A stretch of DNA of 64,000 nucleotides, the filler included, from Sphacelaria rigidula (lineage: Eukaryota): assembly GCA_964200075.2 (NCBI GenBank). It is 4 parts of 4 records of this genome, joined end to end, with 100 filler letters (N's around TTAATTAATTAA, not from the genome) between each part and the next. Parts side by side here need not be neighbours in the genome. Positions count along the whole stretch, not along the records: positions 16,115 to 32,128 come from CAXNAA020001517.1; positions 32,229 to 48,241 come from CAXNAA020001518.1; 2 more parts are not named here. The stretch is one strand, 5' to 3'. The notes beneath the pieces are model-generated. The model saw nothing but the letters and a program-made list of their open reading frames with translations, searched no databases and was not told the origin of the DNA. Both the position numbers and the translations under genes were made by a program. Positions 21,286-34,320 of this stretch are shown here, piece by piece; positions within the stretch are counted from its first letter, which is position 1; every line of letters begins with the position of its first letter.

Positions 21286-24200
21286 TGCAGGAAAGAGGTT
21301 TGATTTTTCAGCGAGCACGAAAAAGGTTGACAAGGCTGGTATCCAATTAACTGTTTCGGCGAAATGAATACTATCTGCACTGATCGGTGTGGCATAAACC
21401 GATTGAAACCTTATTTTTCTAGTAGAGTGGTAGCAGAGGTACAGCGACTGTTGGATGACTTGACTTTAGAGGCGATTGAAATGCTCCGAGAACGACGGGA
21501 TGATGTTTGCCAAAAATTGGGGTACTGGAGTGTGGTTCGTGGAGAGGAAGTACAGCTTGATATGATCTCGTTTTTCTGGTGAAAAAAATATGAGTACTTT
21601 AGATGGACCGTAGGTGGGGTAGGGGAAGATGTTTTCGACGAGGTATACCTACGCGTGGATGAGGAAGATGCGATGTTCACGGTGGCTAACGTTCGACTCG
21701 ATGGCATTCTACTACCATGTCTGTTTTGAGCCCACAATTATGTGAGGCAAAGTGATTTCAGGTGCAACCCTTCGTGGGAGGGGTGTGTACGATCGAGGAA
21801 TCTCGGAAGGGTCGTGACGGAAGATGAGGATCTTTGGACGGTGACGAACGATCAAGCCCAGCCCCCGCCTGCACAGTGGCATCTCCGACAACGAGTGCTA
21901 GGGAGATGACGCTCGCCTACTGCAGTGCCCTTTTCCCGCGATGGGAATGCTGAAAAAGGGGGATGAAAGCCTGAAAATGGGGGGGGGGCAGCGGGTCGAT
22001 CTTTGTGTGGGTTCGATCACAGAGAGAAAGCTTGGATTGTTTGTAGTGATGAGTAAGGTGTGATTTTGATTGTTTTTGGATTCTGTTTTTTTTAATTGTG
22101 TTGGTTTTGAGTGATGCGAGTATGAGTATTGTGATTGACTCCAGAAATTGAGCATCATGAACAACGGAGTGTGTCTTCTGTTTGTGTTCCGAAAAATTGT
22201 TTGCCGAGAAATTGGACGAGATGGTTCGAGATTGCCCATGTTGGCTGGACGCTGAACGTCTGTGATCTCGTTTGCGTGATTTGTGTGTGTTCGCTAGGCA
22301 TGGACCACCCACGCTGCTCTGAGGGGCAAGATTTTTGTAGGGGGCTTCCCAACATGAGGTGTCTTTGCCTGGGCTGGCGGGCCGGGGGGGGTGCTTGAAG
22401 ATTTGAATTGTGTTCGATATGCTGTAGTGTATGGCACGGTGAATAACACCTGTAGCGCTGAAGGTTTGCTCCGTACTTGGACGTTTTGATTTTGTGACTG
22501 GGAATGCTCATCGAGATTTTGAGCATTCGCTTACTTGCCGACTTGATAGTTGATAGTTGATCACAGTGTCGAGGGACTGAGTGTTGACTATCTATCCGTT
22601 GACTGAGTGTTGGTTGCTTTTGTAATGGACACTGAGCGCTGATTGTCGTGTGTTTGCATGAGGAAAGAAGTTCTGTTGGGGCGGTTGAATTTTCATCGTG
22701 AAGAAACTTTCTTGCGATGAGAATCTCCAACAACCGATGTCCCTGATAAGGGGGGATGTTCCTGTGTTCAGATGTATCGGTTGCGGCTCGACTGCAAGAT
22801 GTGTTGGTTCCAAGTGTGACGGTTTCATGCGGCGGAATTGTTGGTCCATGACAATTGAGTACAGGTCATGCGATGCGTTGTTTTTCCATGGAGGAGGTCG
22901 CCAACCTCCTCACTCTGCTTGTTTGCCCAAGACTTCACAGCCACAGGCTCTACTGGTTGATACAATTCCTGTCCAACCGTCAACGGGTGTCTGATTCATC
23001 CAACATACTCGGCCCTGTACTGCCTGCTGTGTTTATTCCAAGCCCGAAGAAGTTGTCTGGAAAAAGCGCAACAGCATATCGTAACGTCTTCGTGTGTTCC
23101 ACGGTTTTCGCCACAACGGTGAACACTGACAGTACATGTAGTATATTACAGTCAGTACACCAAAAGCGCAAGGTTACCTATCGTATGACCACCACCGCAA
23201 ACTGATGAAATTGTGAACGTTGCGGCGCAATCTTCTCTTTTTAGCTCTCTCCCTGGCTGCTCCCAGGCTCCACGGGACGACAGTACCATACAAGAGACGG
23301 GCAGTACAGCCGTAGGATGAACACCGTAGTATCGAACAGCAGGGACGGTATGGTACCTCAGGGACAGTGGCGTACGTACCGAACGGTACTGCGCTGACCA
23401 ATTTCCGGCTTATGTCAGCTACGCCCTCAGACTAAACCGTTGGTGAAAGTTTGGACAAAGCACACAGATTCCGGAACTATTCTCTGTGCCGCCATCCAGC
23501 ACTCTAGCGCTATGCTGCCCAGTTTTACTCCGACACCAAGCTGTGCCGTGCTATATGCTCGATTTTCACTAAATACAAGAATACAGAAGTGTCAAAAATC
23601 ATGATCGAATACTCACCTCTACGGCAGTCTTGCTATCCTCCTTCGCAGCCTCCTGTACAATGTCAGAGGGTGACGCCGATTTCATCGCCTCAATATAGGC
23701 CACTTCACCCCTACTACGTCCTTCTCAGCCTAATACCCGTGTTCCCCCTTCCGTGGCACACACCGACAGGCGGGGGGGGGTGGGGTTGGGGGGGGGGCGG
23801 GGCGTGTCGTCCCTTTACAAATTATGTTATTATTCATTGTCCCGCAATCATTGTCATTCTCATGTTTCACTTCTGTGATGTCGAAGATCTCTGATCTTTG
23901 CGATCTTGGACGACTGGGACAATCTCAAGGTTGGACCGTCACACCAGTGAGGTCAGGGGCAATGTTTCACGAGAGCAGTAGTCTCTCGTAGCATCACGGA
24001 GATCTTCCGCACAGTTGGGTACTGTAAATACCAAAGCAGCGACAAAGTTCGCCCTTTCCCGTCCCACCTCCGGCCGACGTGAATCTGCCTGTTCAGCCAA
24101 AGTTTAAGAACCTATCACAAAAAGTAGAACTGGTTCCAACTGAATCGCTGTGCGTTGTGCAGACCTGTAGGTCAAACCGACACTACACAGAATCTTGGAT

Positions 24201-24339
24201 CTGCACGCGCACAAGATAGCTAACACATAGTGCGCGCGCAAGACACGGCACGGTACTCACACGCACAGAACCACCGTTCACACACGCGCGCGAAGACCGC
24301 TCACATATATGCGCGAAGACGAATCACCACCAGCTAGCG

Positions 24340-24465
24340 GCAGAAGCAGCAGCAGCAGTAGCAACAGAACTATTATTGTAGAATGGCAGCAGTGATGGAA
24401 ATCGCGAAGAGACAATAACAGCAACAGCAGCAGTAGCAGCAGTAGCAGCAGCGGCAGTAGTAGCG
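24340..24465. repeat. (CAG/TAG/CAA)n microsatellite tracts
   Basis: gcagcagcagcagtagcaacag and cagcaacagcagcagtagcagcagtagcagcagcggcagtagtagc. Confidence 0.85.
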
Positions 24466-24834
24466 GAGACGGCCGCTGCTGCTCATGATGAGAGCGTTGG
24501 TGAGGAGGGCGTAGACCCCTGGCATGCAGCCGAGACAATCTGCATATCTTTTTCGTAATCCTGTATGGTGGCATACAGTAGTAGAGAGTTTCGGGAAACG
24601 TTTTTCTCCAACCTTGTGTGGCAGCCAATCCCGAATCTGGCGGGACGCGAATCTGTGCCAAATCGGGGGGACCCAGATTCGTGAAACTCAGATTCGTGTG
24701 TACCCCTGTATAGCTTCACAGATTTGCTAAAATTGTTCTGTACACGAGCGGTCATTTTCTGGGCGGGTGTGGTATCACAGTGAAGGCGGAGAACAGGCAG
24801 GCGGGGAATCATCCTTCAAAGAGCAGCGTCGTAC

Positions 24835-25400
24835 TGTAATGGGGTTACGGTGCTATTATGGCAAGCACAGGCTCACTAGGCAAGGCTAGGGGGTCAGTCC
24901 TCAAAACTGAACGGCCAGGCCAAAGAACAAAGCACCGTGTCACACAGGACATGCCCGACAAATACCAGATATGTCGTGGTCTGATCACGAGGTAATACTG
25001 GTTTCACTCTCGAAGAACATGCTAGGCCAGGGGTGACACGGGGTCAGCGGCTGGCTACGGTGAACAATTGCAGTCGAGAGGAATGGCCCTTGAACTCGTG
25101 AGTAACAGACCCTCGAGTCCGGCCAGCACTGCACCATAAGGCCAAGCAGGGACTCACTTTCACGTGCAGAAGAGGTGCTCTTGACTTGCTTGCAAGCGAG
25201 ATGCCTCCAAATGGCGGCTGATAGCTCCGTTATTCATTAGTCTTAGCTGGGTAGCTAAACACAAGTGACCAGGCTGGGTTGATACTGCAAAACCCCACTG
25301 AAATATAACCACACTAACGTACAGGTGGAATGCGACCTATCGCCCATATCACGCACATCGAGAACGTCTTCTATATAAGCGACTGATATCCGCCGTCACA
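24835..25400 (-). mobile_element. candidate LTR (~566 bp) preceded by a polypurine tract
   Basis: Minus strand reads agagaggggga-TGTGACGG...CCATTACA. Part of it (24973-25121) recurs with 2 mismatches in 149 bp at 31980-32128, where the contig breaks. Confidence 0.55.
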
Positions 25401-28269
25401 TCCCCCTCTCTTGCTTTGTGTGCGCTGTAATGCAAAGTAGGGAATGTCACGACTTATTTCATACCTAAAAATATCCACTCAAATATATGCCATCAGCCTA
25501 AAATCGACGAGAAAACCGCGGAATTTTCAGGGCTAGCGATGACCACGGGAAAAACTCGTCATGAAATCAAAAGATGTGCCAAACCTGGTAGTCAGGGGAA
25601 AAGCCTCATCGTTTGGGGAAAAAATCTCTCACGCTCTTTCGGATCATAGCGCGTGCTTTCGCATGTGCTATGTCGTCCCGGGATCCCAGATACACTGGAA
25701 ACAGAAACCACTGAGAATGGCCAGAAACCATCCTCAGGTGGTAACGGCGCTTTGACACCCGTGATTGATTAGATCGATCCTGGGTAGTGTGGGACTCGCA
25801 AAAAGCTGACCCACTAAAAAACCCCAAAGAAAACGCTGACTGGTTGATGGGAGTGCGTAGGCTTTTCTCTTACCAACCAGCAGCCACTGACCTACTGGAC
25901 ACCGGGGGGCTCCTAAATCTTGGATCAACAGTTCCGTCATGGTACAGTGTCCAAGCAGGTACTCGGGGCCCACTTTTTTGTACAAAGCTTACTCCACGAT
26001 ATGAATTGCTCTACTCGAGAGGGGTGGGGCAGCCTAAAAATCGGATCAACGTTCTCCAAGGACGAAGCGACGTGATGAACGAACCGGGTACGTGAAACTA
26101 AGGGCGGGATCAGGTCTGACAAAACCAAGAAATAAATAATCCTCATGGAATGCAAGACCGGGAAAAAAAACAAAGAGCGAGACAAGATCACTCCGTGAAA
26201 AGGTGGAAAGGAAAAGAGAAACCAAAAAAGTAGTGCTGGAGGAACGAACCAGGCCCGCAACAAAAAGAGAAGGGGAGGAAGTAAAGTGAAACATGAAGGA
26301 AAACTAGAAAGGACATACCACGTCTCTAGTACGACAAAAAACAACTCATGAAACATGAAAACAACAAAGAATAAAAAGGACTGACACGAGAAAGAGGACC
26401 AGGTCCTACGAAATCAAAAGAGAAAAAACGATTGAGGGAAAAAGAACAAATCCAGACTCCAGACTAGAAAACCGAACAGAGAAAAAAATGAGGGCCTGGG
26501 GAGGAAGTTTTGATTAAAAAAAACGAGCCAAACAAATCGAGAAGGCAGTCTCCCCCCCAAAAGTCAAGATCTGAATCAGCTGTTCCGATGAAAAGAAAGA
26601 ACCAGTACTGAACTACTGCTCATTATTATATAAAAACACAAATACGAATCCAAACACAAAGCGCTGCTCGCCCCTGCAATGCACCACAAAACGGCCTCCT
26701 GCTCTTCCCTTCGTACAAAATTTTACTTTTCTCTGCTTCGTTTGCTCAATGCCATCGGCTCGCTCGTCTGGGCCACTTGCTGGAGCTCTTCACTCGAAGA
26801 CTCCACGCAGTCTTCGTCGTCTCATCACTCTTCCGAAGCATTCACCGTCGTCGAACACTTGTCTGTTTTGCTGAGCCCCGTCAAAATCCTCTCGGAATGC
26901 GAAACCTGTGGAAAACAAAATCAGAACATCACTGCGCGACAGAGGGACATGGCGTGCTCGGGCGGGATGGCATACTTGATGCCTTGACTGGGTGGTGCAG
27001 ATGCCAAAGGGTGTGGAACCTGTCCACTCGGGAAGCATCAAGCTTTCCAGGACTCTGCTTCCTGGTAGCCCCTCTGACATTGCTTCATCCTGGAATTTCC
27101 CCCTCTATTACCAACCTGTTTTTTCTGGATTTGGACTCGCGACGGTGTTTGAGGGTGAGGAGGTGGGGTGTGGGCTATTAAAGGTTGGCGTTGCCTGAAA
27201 GTCTAGTGTTCAAGCAAACTAGGCGGACCTGCCAGCGATTGAATATCTCAAGTGGGGCGGGTAACGTTATGCGGTTCGACCTATGGCGGACTATCTTGCG
27301 CCTACGTATTTTGTGTCCTTGCATCACCACCTCCAGACCGCGTGCCGTCATCTATCCTTGCCAACCTTCATGTACCGTGTACTGGTGCTACAGTTTCCTG
27401 CCGATGCCATCCCGATGTTGAGATCTCACCTTCCGGGTCCATCACCAGTCTTACCTCGCATAGGTGCTATTCGCCCTGTTATACGAAATGATCCGGTTGT
27501 ATACTCGGTTCGCTTCTTGTGATTCAAGTGGAAGTCAGCTCAAATATATGTGTGGTTTTGCGTTGACACGGCAACTCCGGGCGGGGAGCAGCGTATCAAG
27601 GAATGTGCGCTTGATTCAAGGAGTCAATGAGTTCACCCCACATGACTTGCAGAGCTCTGAAAACATATCCAGTAGCCATCCTCCAAGTCTTACGGCTGCG
27701 TCCGTACCGCGTGGGAGATCTGACGCTTCGGAAAGCGATGCCTTCTTTCAGTCACCTGCCCAAATGGGTGACTATTCCACGCCAAACTCTTCGCCTCTGT
27801 TCAGCGAATCTTTCGAGGGGTACCGGAAGTTAGGCACATTCTGCTGACAACCCCGTTGACTTGTTTTGAAGGTTGTGAAAAATCAATTGGGGATGAGAAG
27901 CGAGGTCAAGTGCCTGCAGATGTATGTGTATGTGAGTGCAACACTACCTCAATTGTTGGCAAGTTGATCACCTCGTCCCATGGGTCTATCGCACGCCCCC
28001 ACCTGATGGCCGTCCGGTGATTGCTTGACCTCTCGGGCCTCCTACAACGGCATGTCAGCACATCTTGTCTGATATCTTTCGTGCTTGTTCACGAAAGGGA
28101 GCGGTCACGTATCGTGGAAAGGGTGGTGCCTACTGCTAAATTTTCGAGTGCTAATCATTATTTTGGAACCGTAGACGGGTCCTTAGCATCGACTCCCAGG
28201 TATCACTTTTATTTCGTACTCAGATCGCCTCTCACCTACCGTTTCGGCAGTCGTTTCCCCCTCAGGTCC

Positions 28270-28757
28270 AATGATTGTGTGGGGATTTCAGAAACAGTAG
28301 AAGGATTGCGAAAACAGATAGACAAGGCACAAGAATACACTAGGCAATGGAGAGTGACAGCGAACAGCGAAGGAGAGTGATAGCGAATGTGAAAATATGC
28401 GCGATACTCGTCTGTAACGAGAATGAGAAAAATCCACGAGGGTTCAGATGGAAGTGGAAAGGAGAGGAACTGTCGATTCTAGACCAATATACAAACCTTG
28501 GCGTGGAGATCTCAAAGCACTGTTCTTGGGATGCACACATAAAAAAGGTAATATAAAAGGGTAAGGCACAGATAGGAGGGATGAACGGGATCCTCAGAGA
28601 CCCGCACCCAGACACCGGGATTGAGTCATGTATCCTGACGAACTTGATCGTACCACAGCTGGAATATGCAGAAGGAGTATGGGAGTGGAACGTGAAATTG
28701 GTGAAGAAGCTAGAAACAGTACAAAGAGCAGCAGCCAAGAAGATATTTGGATGCTCG
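28270..28757 (+). pseudogene. LINE (non-LTR) reverse transcriptase C-terminal fragment
   Basis: DCVGISETVEGLRKQIDKAQEYTRQWRVTAN...DQYTNLGVEISKHCSWDAHIKKVI*KGK...LIVPQLEYAEGVW...KKLETVQRAAAKKIFG matches post-YADD and thumb motifs (YLG, W..HI, P.LEY..VW, LE.VQ). It contains a stop and a frameshift. Confidence 0.88.
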
Positions 28758-28770
28758 GACCTCCCAGAAA

Positions 28771-28795
28771 GATTGATTGATTGATTGATTGATTG
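28771..28795. repeat. (GATT)n microsatellite, possibly the tail of a minus-strand retroposon
   Basis: gattgattgattgattgattgattg interrupts the LINE fragment. Confidence 0.75.
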
Positions 28796-31700
28796 TCGCA
28801 CTTCAACTGACCCCCCAGGGGTCCAGCCGTGGTCTCATGATAGACGTGCCCACGAAAAACAAAACTGAAACACGCTCTGAGAAAAAGGAGGAACAGAAAA
28901 AAAAGAAAGAAGTATACCAGTAATCGGGAGGAGGAGGAAAATGATAGACAGAACTACCTTTGTGGCAAAGCAATCGAGAGCAGAAGTCACAACGTGGTGC
29001 AATGTGAACTGTGCAAGGAGGAACAGCACGTGCTCGAGGGGGGAATGCGGGACGTGAACGAAGGAGGCATGAAATTATCTCAAGTATCAGCTACGTAAAA
29101 GGTTTTTGCGCAGAGTATGGGAGAAACGTAATGAGCCATGGAAGAAGCGTAATGCGCGCCGGAACGTTGAAGGTATCTCCATTAGGAGTAGGAGCGGTGC
29201 TCCGTCTCGAAAGTGATGCGTGGTCAATGGTCAAACGACTAAGGCAAGCAACAAGTGAGTACGCCCCCCCTCAGATTCGATTGCACATGTTCTCGCAAAG
29301 GGTCTCCTTGCTGGCGATCAGATTGGATGCGTTGGTAAGGGTCTACAGGCACGATCATTCGCCACTGTGTCCAGTTCGAGGTCTGTTGGATGAAGTAGGC
29401 GTGTCCCCCCCTGCGGAGAGCACTTCGCCTACCTTCGTTCCTTCGCTAGCTGTGCGGAATAACCAGTACTCACACCTGTTACAGAACCTTGATCGGTGCT
29501 GTTCGAGCGGTCTCGGGTCTACCACTTGGGGGGCTACGTGATGCTACTCGACAAAAAAGGTGGTGTTGATGTGCTGCGAATGGAGTACAGTACTCTCAAA
29601 CAACGAATGGAGTACAGTACTCTCAAACAAGGGGGTATTTGTAGCTCACCGTTGATGGTGACCAGAACCTACTTCGGGTCTGTGGAGAACAGCCCAATCT
29701 CCAGAGAGCCCAGCAGAACGCCGACCAGCTCCCGTTTCTCCGATTCACCCACCTCTTAGCTTTATGCTACAACCTTCCCGATATATGGTTACACCATCTT
29801 CTCAGATGTCTAGCAAACCGCCATTGACTACGATTGGTGGAAACCTGTCGATGCCCGATCTCACCCGTTATCCCGAGCTGGCTTTCGTTGCGCTTAGTGG
29901 TCGTCCCTGGAGTTTGCCACCGCAGGCTTCTCAAGACAAATGTACCTGGGGTGTACTTTCGTGCGTCAGGCAATGGCTCTAGCAAAATATTGACAAAAAA
30001 TAACACCATGGATGGGCGGGACTGTACGCTTGCAACATGGAAGTAGCGAAAAACAAATGGCGAAGACGACTGTAGAGTAAAATTGCCACGGGGAGTAGAG
30101 AGAATATAAATGAACATGTAGAAGGAGAGGAGAAAAACGGCAAAAAATCAAAGGGTACCATACGGCAGACAGGGGGGCAAAAAGGGAAAAAAAGTCATTG
30201 AGTCGGTGAAAGGAGAAAATTACGCAAATATTGCACCGTGGGCTACGACTGCTAAATGCAGACGATGAGAGAAGGGGATCACCAGTATAAAACAATTGAT
30301 AGCGAAAGAGAAAAGAATCAACAGCAAGAAAATACCAGCGGTGAAGGATATAAACATGGTGTGATGGGATACCAACGACCATGATATGACTCGCGGTATT
30401 ACGCAGGCACGTTCGGGGCGACAGGAGCGGGCAGAATCGAACAGCAAAAGCGGCAGGGGCGGACGGGGGGGTGTAGTATTAGTGCGTGCTCTTCCGATGT
30501 TCGTGTGCAATTGAAAACCTCAAAAATAAATAAGGACGTAAAATAGTGGATAAAAATAGAATAGAGAATGGAATGGAATATAATAAAATAGAACGCAATC
30601 GAAGTATGGGTCACTGTGAAGGGAAGAGTCAAACGCAGCGCTACGGTAGAGGAAGGGTGGACAAAACGACATGATCAAGGTGTGAGCCACGCATACAATA
30701 ACTTTACAATCGGTGTGTCTACAGCTGCCGAGCAACGGCACTGGTTGCCCCCAATTTCCCGACGTGGAGGAACCCATGTAGTGACGGTCCTCTGAAGTCT
30801 AGTGACGGTGCCATGAAGTGTTGTGACGGTCCCATGTAGTGAAGTGACGATATGATGTGTCGAGATGTAGACCGATGAGAAGATCCCAATGTAGTGGCGA
30901 CACAATGGCAATGCAGTGGCGACATGTTGTGGCGTGGAGCGGAAGCGAATCCATACGACTTGACCCGCGCAATGACTTTTCACAATGCCGCACATCAATC
31001 AATCATACTAGGGGCCATTCGCCGATTGCCGGGCGTTGAACATGTTTCGCCGCCAGGATGACTCCAGCATAGATGCCCCGTATATTGGTCAGAAATTCAG
31101 TCGGACTCACACAGAATGATCCGAACAACTGCTCGAGCAGTCCTGTTTGGTACAAAGTTGCACAATGCAAACACGCTGCCATAGCACAGAGTACAGTGCA
31201 AACACCATGCGATCACGTACCTGGCTAACATGGTAGGAACCGCCGCACCAGATCTAATGGGAGCGTGATATGAAAGACACATCTGAACCGCGCACATTGC
31301 ACGCGAAGTGCGGTCTCCCAATATCTGACTGTTCGCAAGCAATCAACAGCCTGTGTATGTACCTACCTCCAGGTGGATTTCACCCCCAACTGCTGGCCAT
31401 GTGCACCCTGCGCACGCATGTTCGCTGGTTACCGCCTCGGGCCCCTTCACTTCACTCTCTAGTAGTGGGACAACATCACTCACCTGCAGCCTACAAAGCA
31501 CTTTGTACACGATGCGCACGTGGTGACTGTGACATGTGATGGGGTCGTCTGTACAGTACAGGGTACTGCAAGATTTCTGAACGGAAATGTTTAAACTTTT
31601 GAAAAAACTCAGTTCTCGTACACGGAAGCAGGCGCCCTGCCGCCCACCGTCTGTGTGATTATCGGGGTGCGTGGGGTACTTAGCCATGCGCGGGTAGGCG

Positions 31701-31979
31701 CACAGGTGCACGTGAAAGGATGAATCACAGGACGTACCTATGCTGTCGTGTTGGCACGGAAGGTAGCAAGCATACGCTACAGCCAGGTGCTCCAGCTCCG
31801 TTATGTCGAGCTGATGGGTCACTTCGAGGGACCAGCAGGCATGTAAGATTTTGAAGGACCCCAGACTGAACAGAAAGGACGATTGTTGCGCTACACCGTT
31901 TGCAGATACAGCGCGAAACAGTGCAGCCCTACAGCGATGCGATTATGCAGTACTGGTTGTCTTCTCGATTGGTCACCAG

Positions 31980-32128
31980 GTCGTGATCTGATCACGAGGT
32001 GATACTGGTTTCACTCTCGAAGAACATGCTAGGCCAGGGGTGACACGGGGTCAGCGGCTGGCTACGGTGAACAATTGCAGTCGAGAGGAATGGCCCTTGA
32101 ACTCGTGAGTAACAGACCCTCGAGTCCG
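31980..32128. repeat. near-identical copy of 24973-25121 at the contig end
   Basis: 149 bp with 2 mismatches. Confidence 0.92.
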
Positions 32129-32228
32129 NNNNNNNNNNNNNNNNNNNNNNNNNNNNNNNNNNNNNNNNNNNNTTAATTAATTAANNNNNNNNNNNNNNNN
32201 NNNNNNNNNNNNNNNNNNNNNNNNNNNN
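32129..32228. other. assembly linker
   Basis: N44-TTAATTAATTAA-N44. Confidence 0.98.
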
Positions 32229-32269
32229 GGTGGTTCCTCTTCTGATTTTTAATGCTATTGCCAGCCATT

Positions 32270-32374
32270 TTCAGGGGTCCCCCCCCCCCCCCCGAGCTCT
32301 GGAAATCCCCGGATATCTCGGGACGGTCGGCCTGTACAACTGTTCCGAGGCGATGCTCGCTGTCTAAGGGTTAA
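32270..32374. mobile_element. piggyBac-like element end (...AAGGG-TTAA); homologue at ~51820-51913
   Basis: ggaaa(t/c)ccccggat(a/g)tctc...gcctgta(c/g)aactgttccgaggc...gtc(t/c)aagggttaa in both copies. A related ttaacccatagacagcgag lies at ~52556. Confidence 0.65.
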
Positions 32375-33749
32375 CTTTCACAATGTGGGAGGAAACTGTT
32401 TGTTCGGTAAGCGAAGGTCACCGCGAATTCCACAGTATGGCATGACTGATACTCGGAGTATATACGTTTCTCTCCATGGATCAATTGGCATTTTATACGT
32501 GAAAGATCGGAGCGTAGCGGGATCTGCGGTTTGTGGAACGGGTACGAATGTGAACAATATAGGCTAATGTGAGGGCCATTGTGTAACGGTCGATGCAACA
32601 AATAGGCCACAGAGGTTGAGATTTGCGCTTGGGGCAACGGGGAAAGTCGGGCCGGCAACTTAGCTTCTTTTTTTTTCCCACCCACCCACCCACCTCGAGG
32701 ATGTTAAGGCGTATGGGTATGCATTATGCTCATGTGTGTGTATGTTTGGTTCACATAGTATATTCATGAGCGGGGTAACTAATGCATTCATACCGTAGTC
32801 GGACCCGGAGGGACAGGCATCGAGCTTTGCGTGTAGCACGAGTTTCAGAGGAAATTAGAACAGGCGTGTAGTAGGGAATGGAGTAGCAGCGATGAATACA
32901 TGCACAAATGTGCATGTTACGGTCTGACTCGGATTTGCGTTGCGTCACATTTGATATTAATAATAATAATAATGAGTAATACTCCGGAGTGTTCCACATT
33001 CATGAACGGTACTAGAAACACACACATGTCGAGAATATCGCCGAGAATACGTGCGAAAGATTATATACGCCATAGAGATATGCGGTAGGGGCGTATTTTT
33101 CAACGTGAAACAGGCGATCATCGAATTTGAAGATCAGTCGTTTTATTGGGGATTAGAACCCGGAGGGTTAAAATTTCCGTATCCACGCCAAATTTTTGAA
33201 ATATGTTTCCTTTCCTTCACCTACTGGTGGTTATTGACAAGTACTACACGTCATACAAATTGTGATTTCGATAACCGAAATGTTGGGGTCCTAGGTCAAG
33301 AAAACATTTTGGGGGTTTAGATGATCCGCTCGGATCGCCGAAATTCCCCGAGACTGTTTTTTCACGAAGAACCAAACCTTTCGGTCGTCGAAGTCACCAT
33401 TTGTACGACGTGTAGTACTTGTCAAGAGCTACCAATAGGTGCAGGAATGGGGACTGGATTCATATTTCGAAGATTTGGTGCGGATGCAAACATTTTAATC
33501 CTCCGGGTTCCCATCGTCAATGAAAAGCTCCATCCTCAGTTGCGATGACCGGCTGTTGTAACGGACGGAAAGAAATTTAGGGACCAAAAGCGACTTGAGG
33601 GGCCGAAAAGAAAAGTAGGGGCAGAAAAATGTATACATAAAAGATAGAGCAGGAAAGTAGAAAAGGCGCAGGAAAAACGCAGGTAAACGAAGAAAAAACG
33701 CAGGAACAAAAAAGAAAAAGCGCAGAAAATCAAGCGTTTGTCGAGATAA

Positions 33750-34320
33750 AAAAAATCGGAGACGGAGCCCCCTCCTCCCGGAGGGCAATTTTTCGGGAAT
33801 TGTCATGATTTCTTGATTTTGTTTTGTGATTTTTTTGTGATATTTTGTGTTGAGATTGTTGAAAGAAATTGATCAACAAACACTGACAAAAACCGAAAAG
33901 CTGGCGAGCTTTGCGAGGTTCAATTAGTTGCTTCTGCTCCTTGCCCGCCTTCTCTCGACAACCTCGGATGCCGGCAACGCTCACACATATATATGTACAA
34001 TACACGAGCGCACGGTAGCGACAGCCTGTCGGCGAAGTATAAACTTTATTTCACGCCTCGCCAAATTTGCCCGGGCTACTATCGAGAGATAGTCAAGGCG
34101 CACGACATGGAACATGATGCCATAAATGTAACCATGGTATGTGGTGACGAGCTCGAAGGGGTGGTGTGTCCGTCATCTCAGCGGCAGCTGATCGCATCCG
34201 CCAACGCCTCGGCGAAAAACTAGGGGACAGCAGGCTGGATGACCCCCCACCCCTCAAAAACTCGAATTTTCGATCTTGGGGCCCACGTGTCCCGAAATAT
34301 ATATTTGACAGACCTTGGGA
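33750..34320. repeat. dispersed repeat; inverted and permuted homologue at 53683-53960 and 54450-54762
   Basis: acacgagcgcacggtagcgacagcct pairs with aggctgtcgctaccgtgcgctcgtgt (53696); cgccaacgcctcggc...ctaggggacagcaggctgg pairs with ccagcctgctgtcccctag...gccgaggcgttggcg (54533). Confidence 0.8.

Larger units (their letters stand above)
19601..23005 (+). mobile_element. Ty1/copia-derived non-autonomous LTR retroelement (3.4 kb)
   Basis: 249-bp TG...CA LTRs at 19601-19849 and 22757-23005 with 4 differences, PPT gataagggggga directly before the 3' LTR, flanks tacac/tactc (imperfect 5-bp TSD), copia-type gag inside and a heavily decayed pol. Confidence 0.9.

Noticed and set aside
24278-24661. 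Poly-Leu membrane or signal-peptide ORF
   Set aside because: It is the translation of the CAG/TAG microsatellite.
29000-29970. RNase H-like trace (EDGVTIYREG...GETGAG) on the minus strand
   Set aside because: The catalytic TDGS is not preserved and there are many stops; too weak to call without a profile search.
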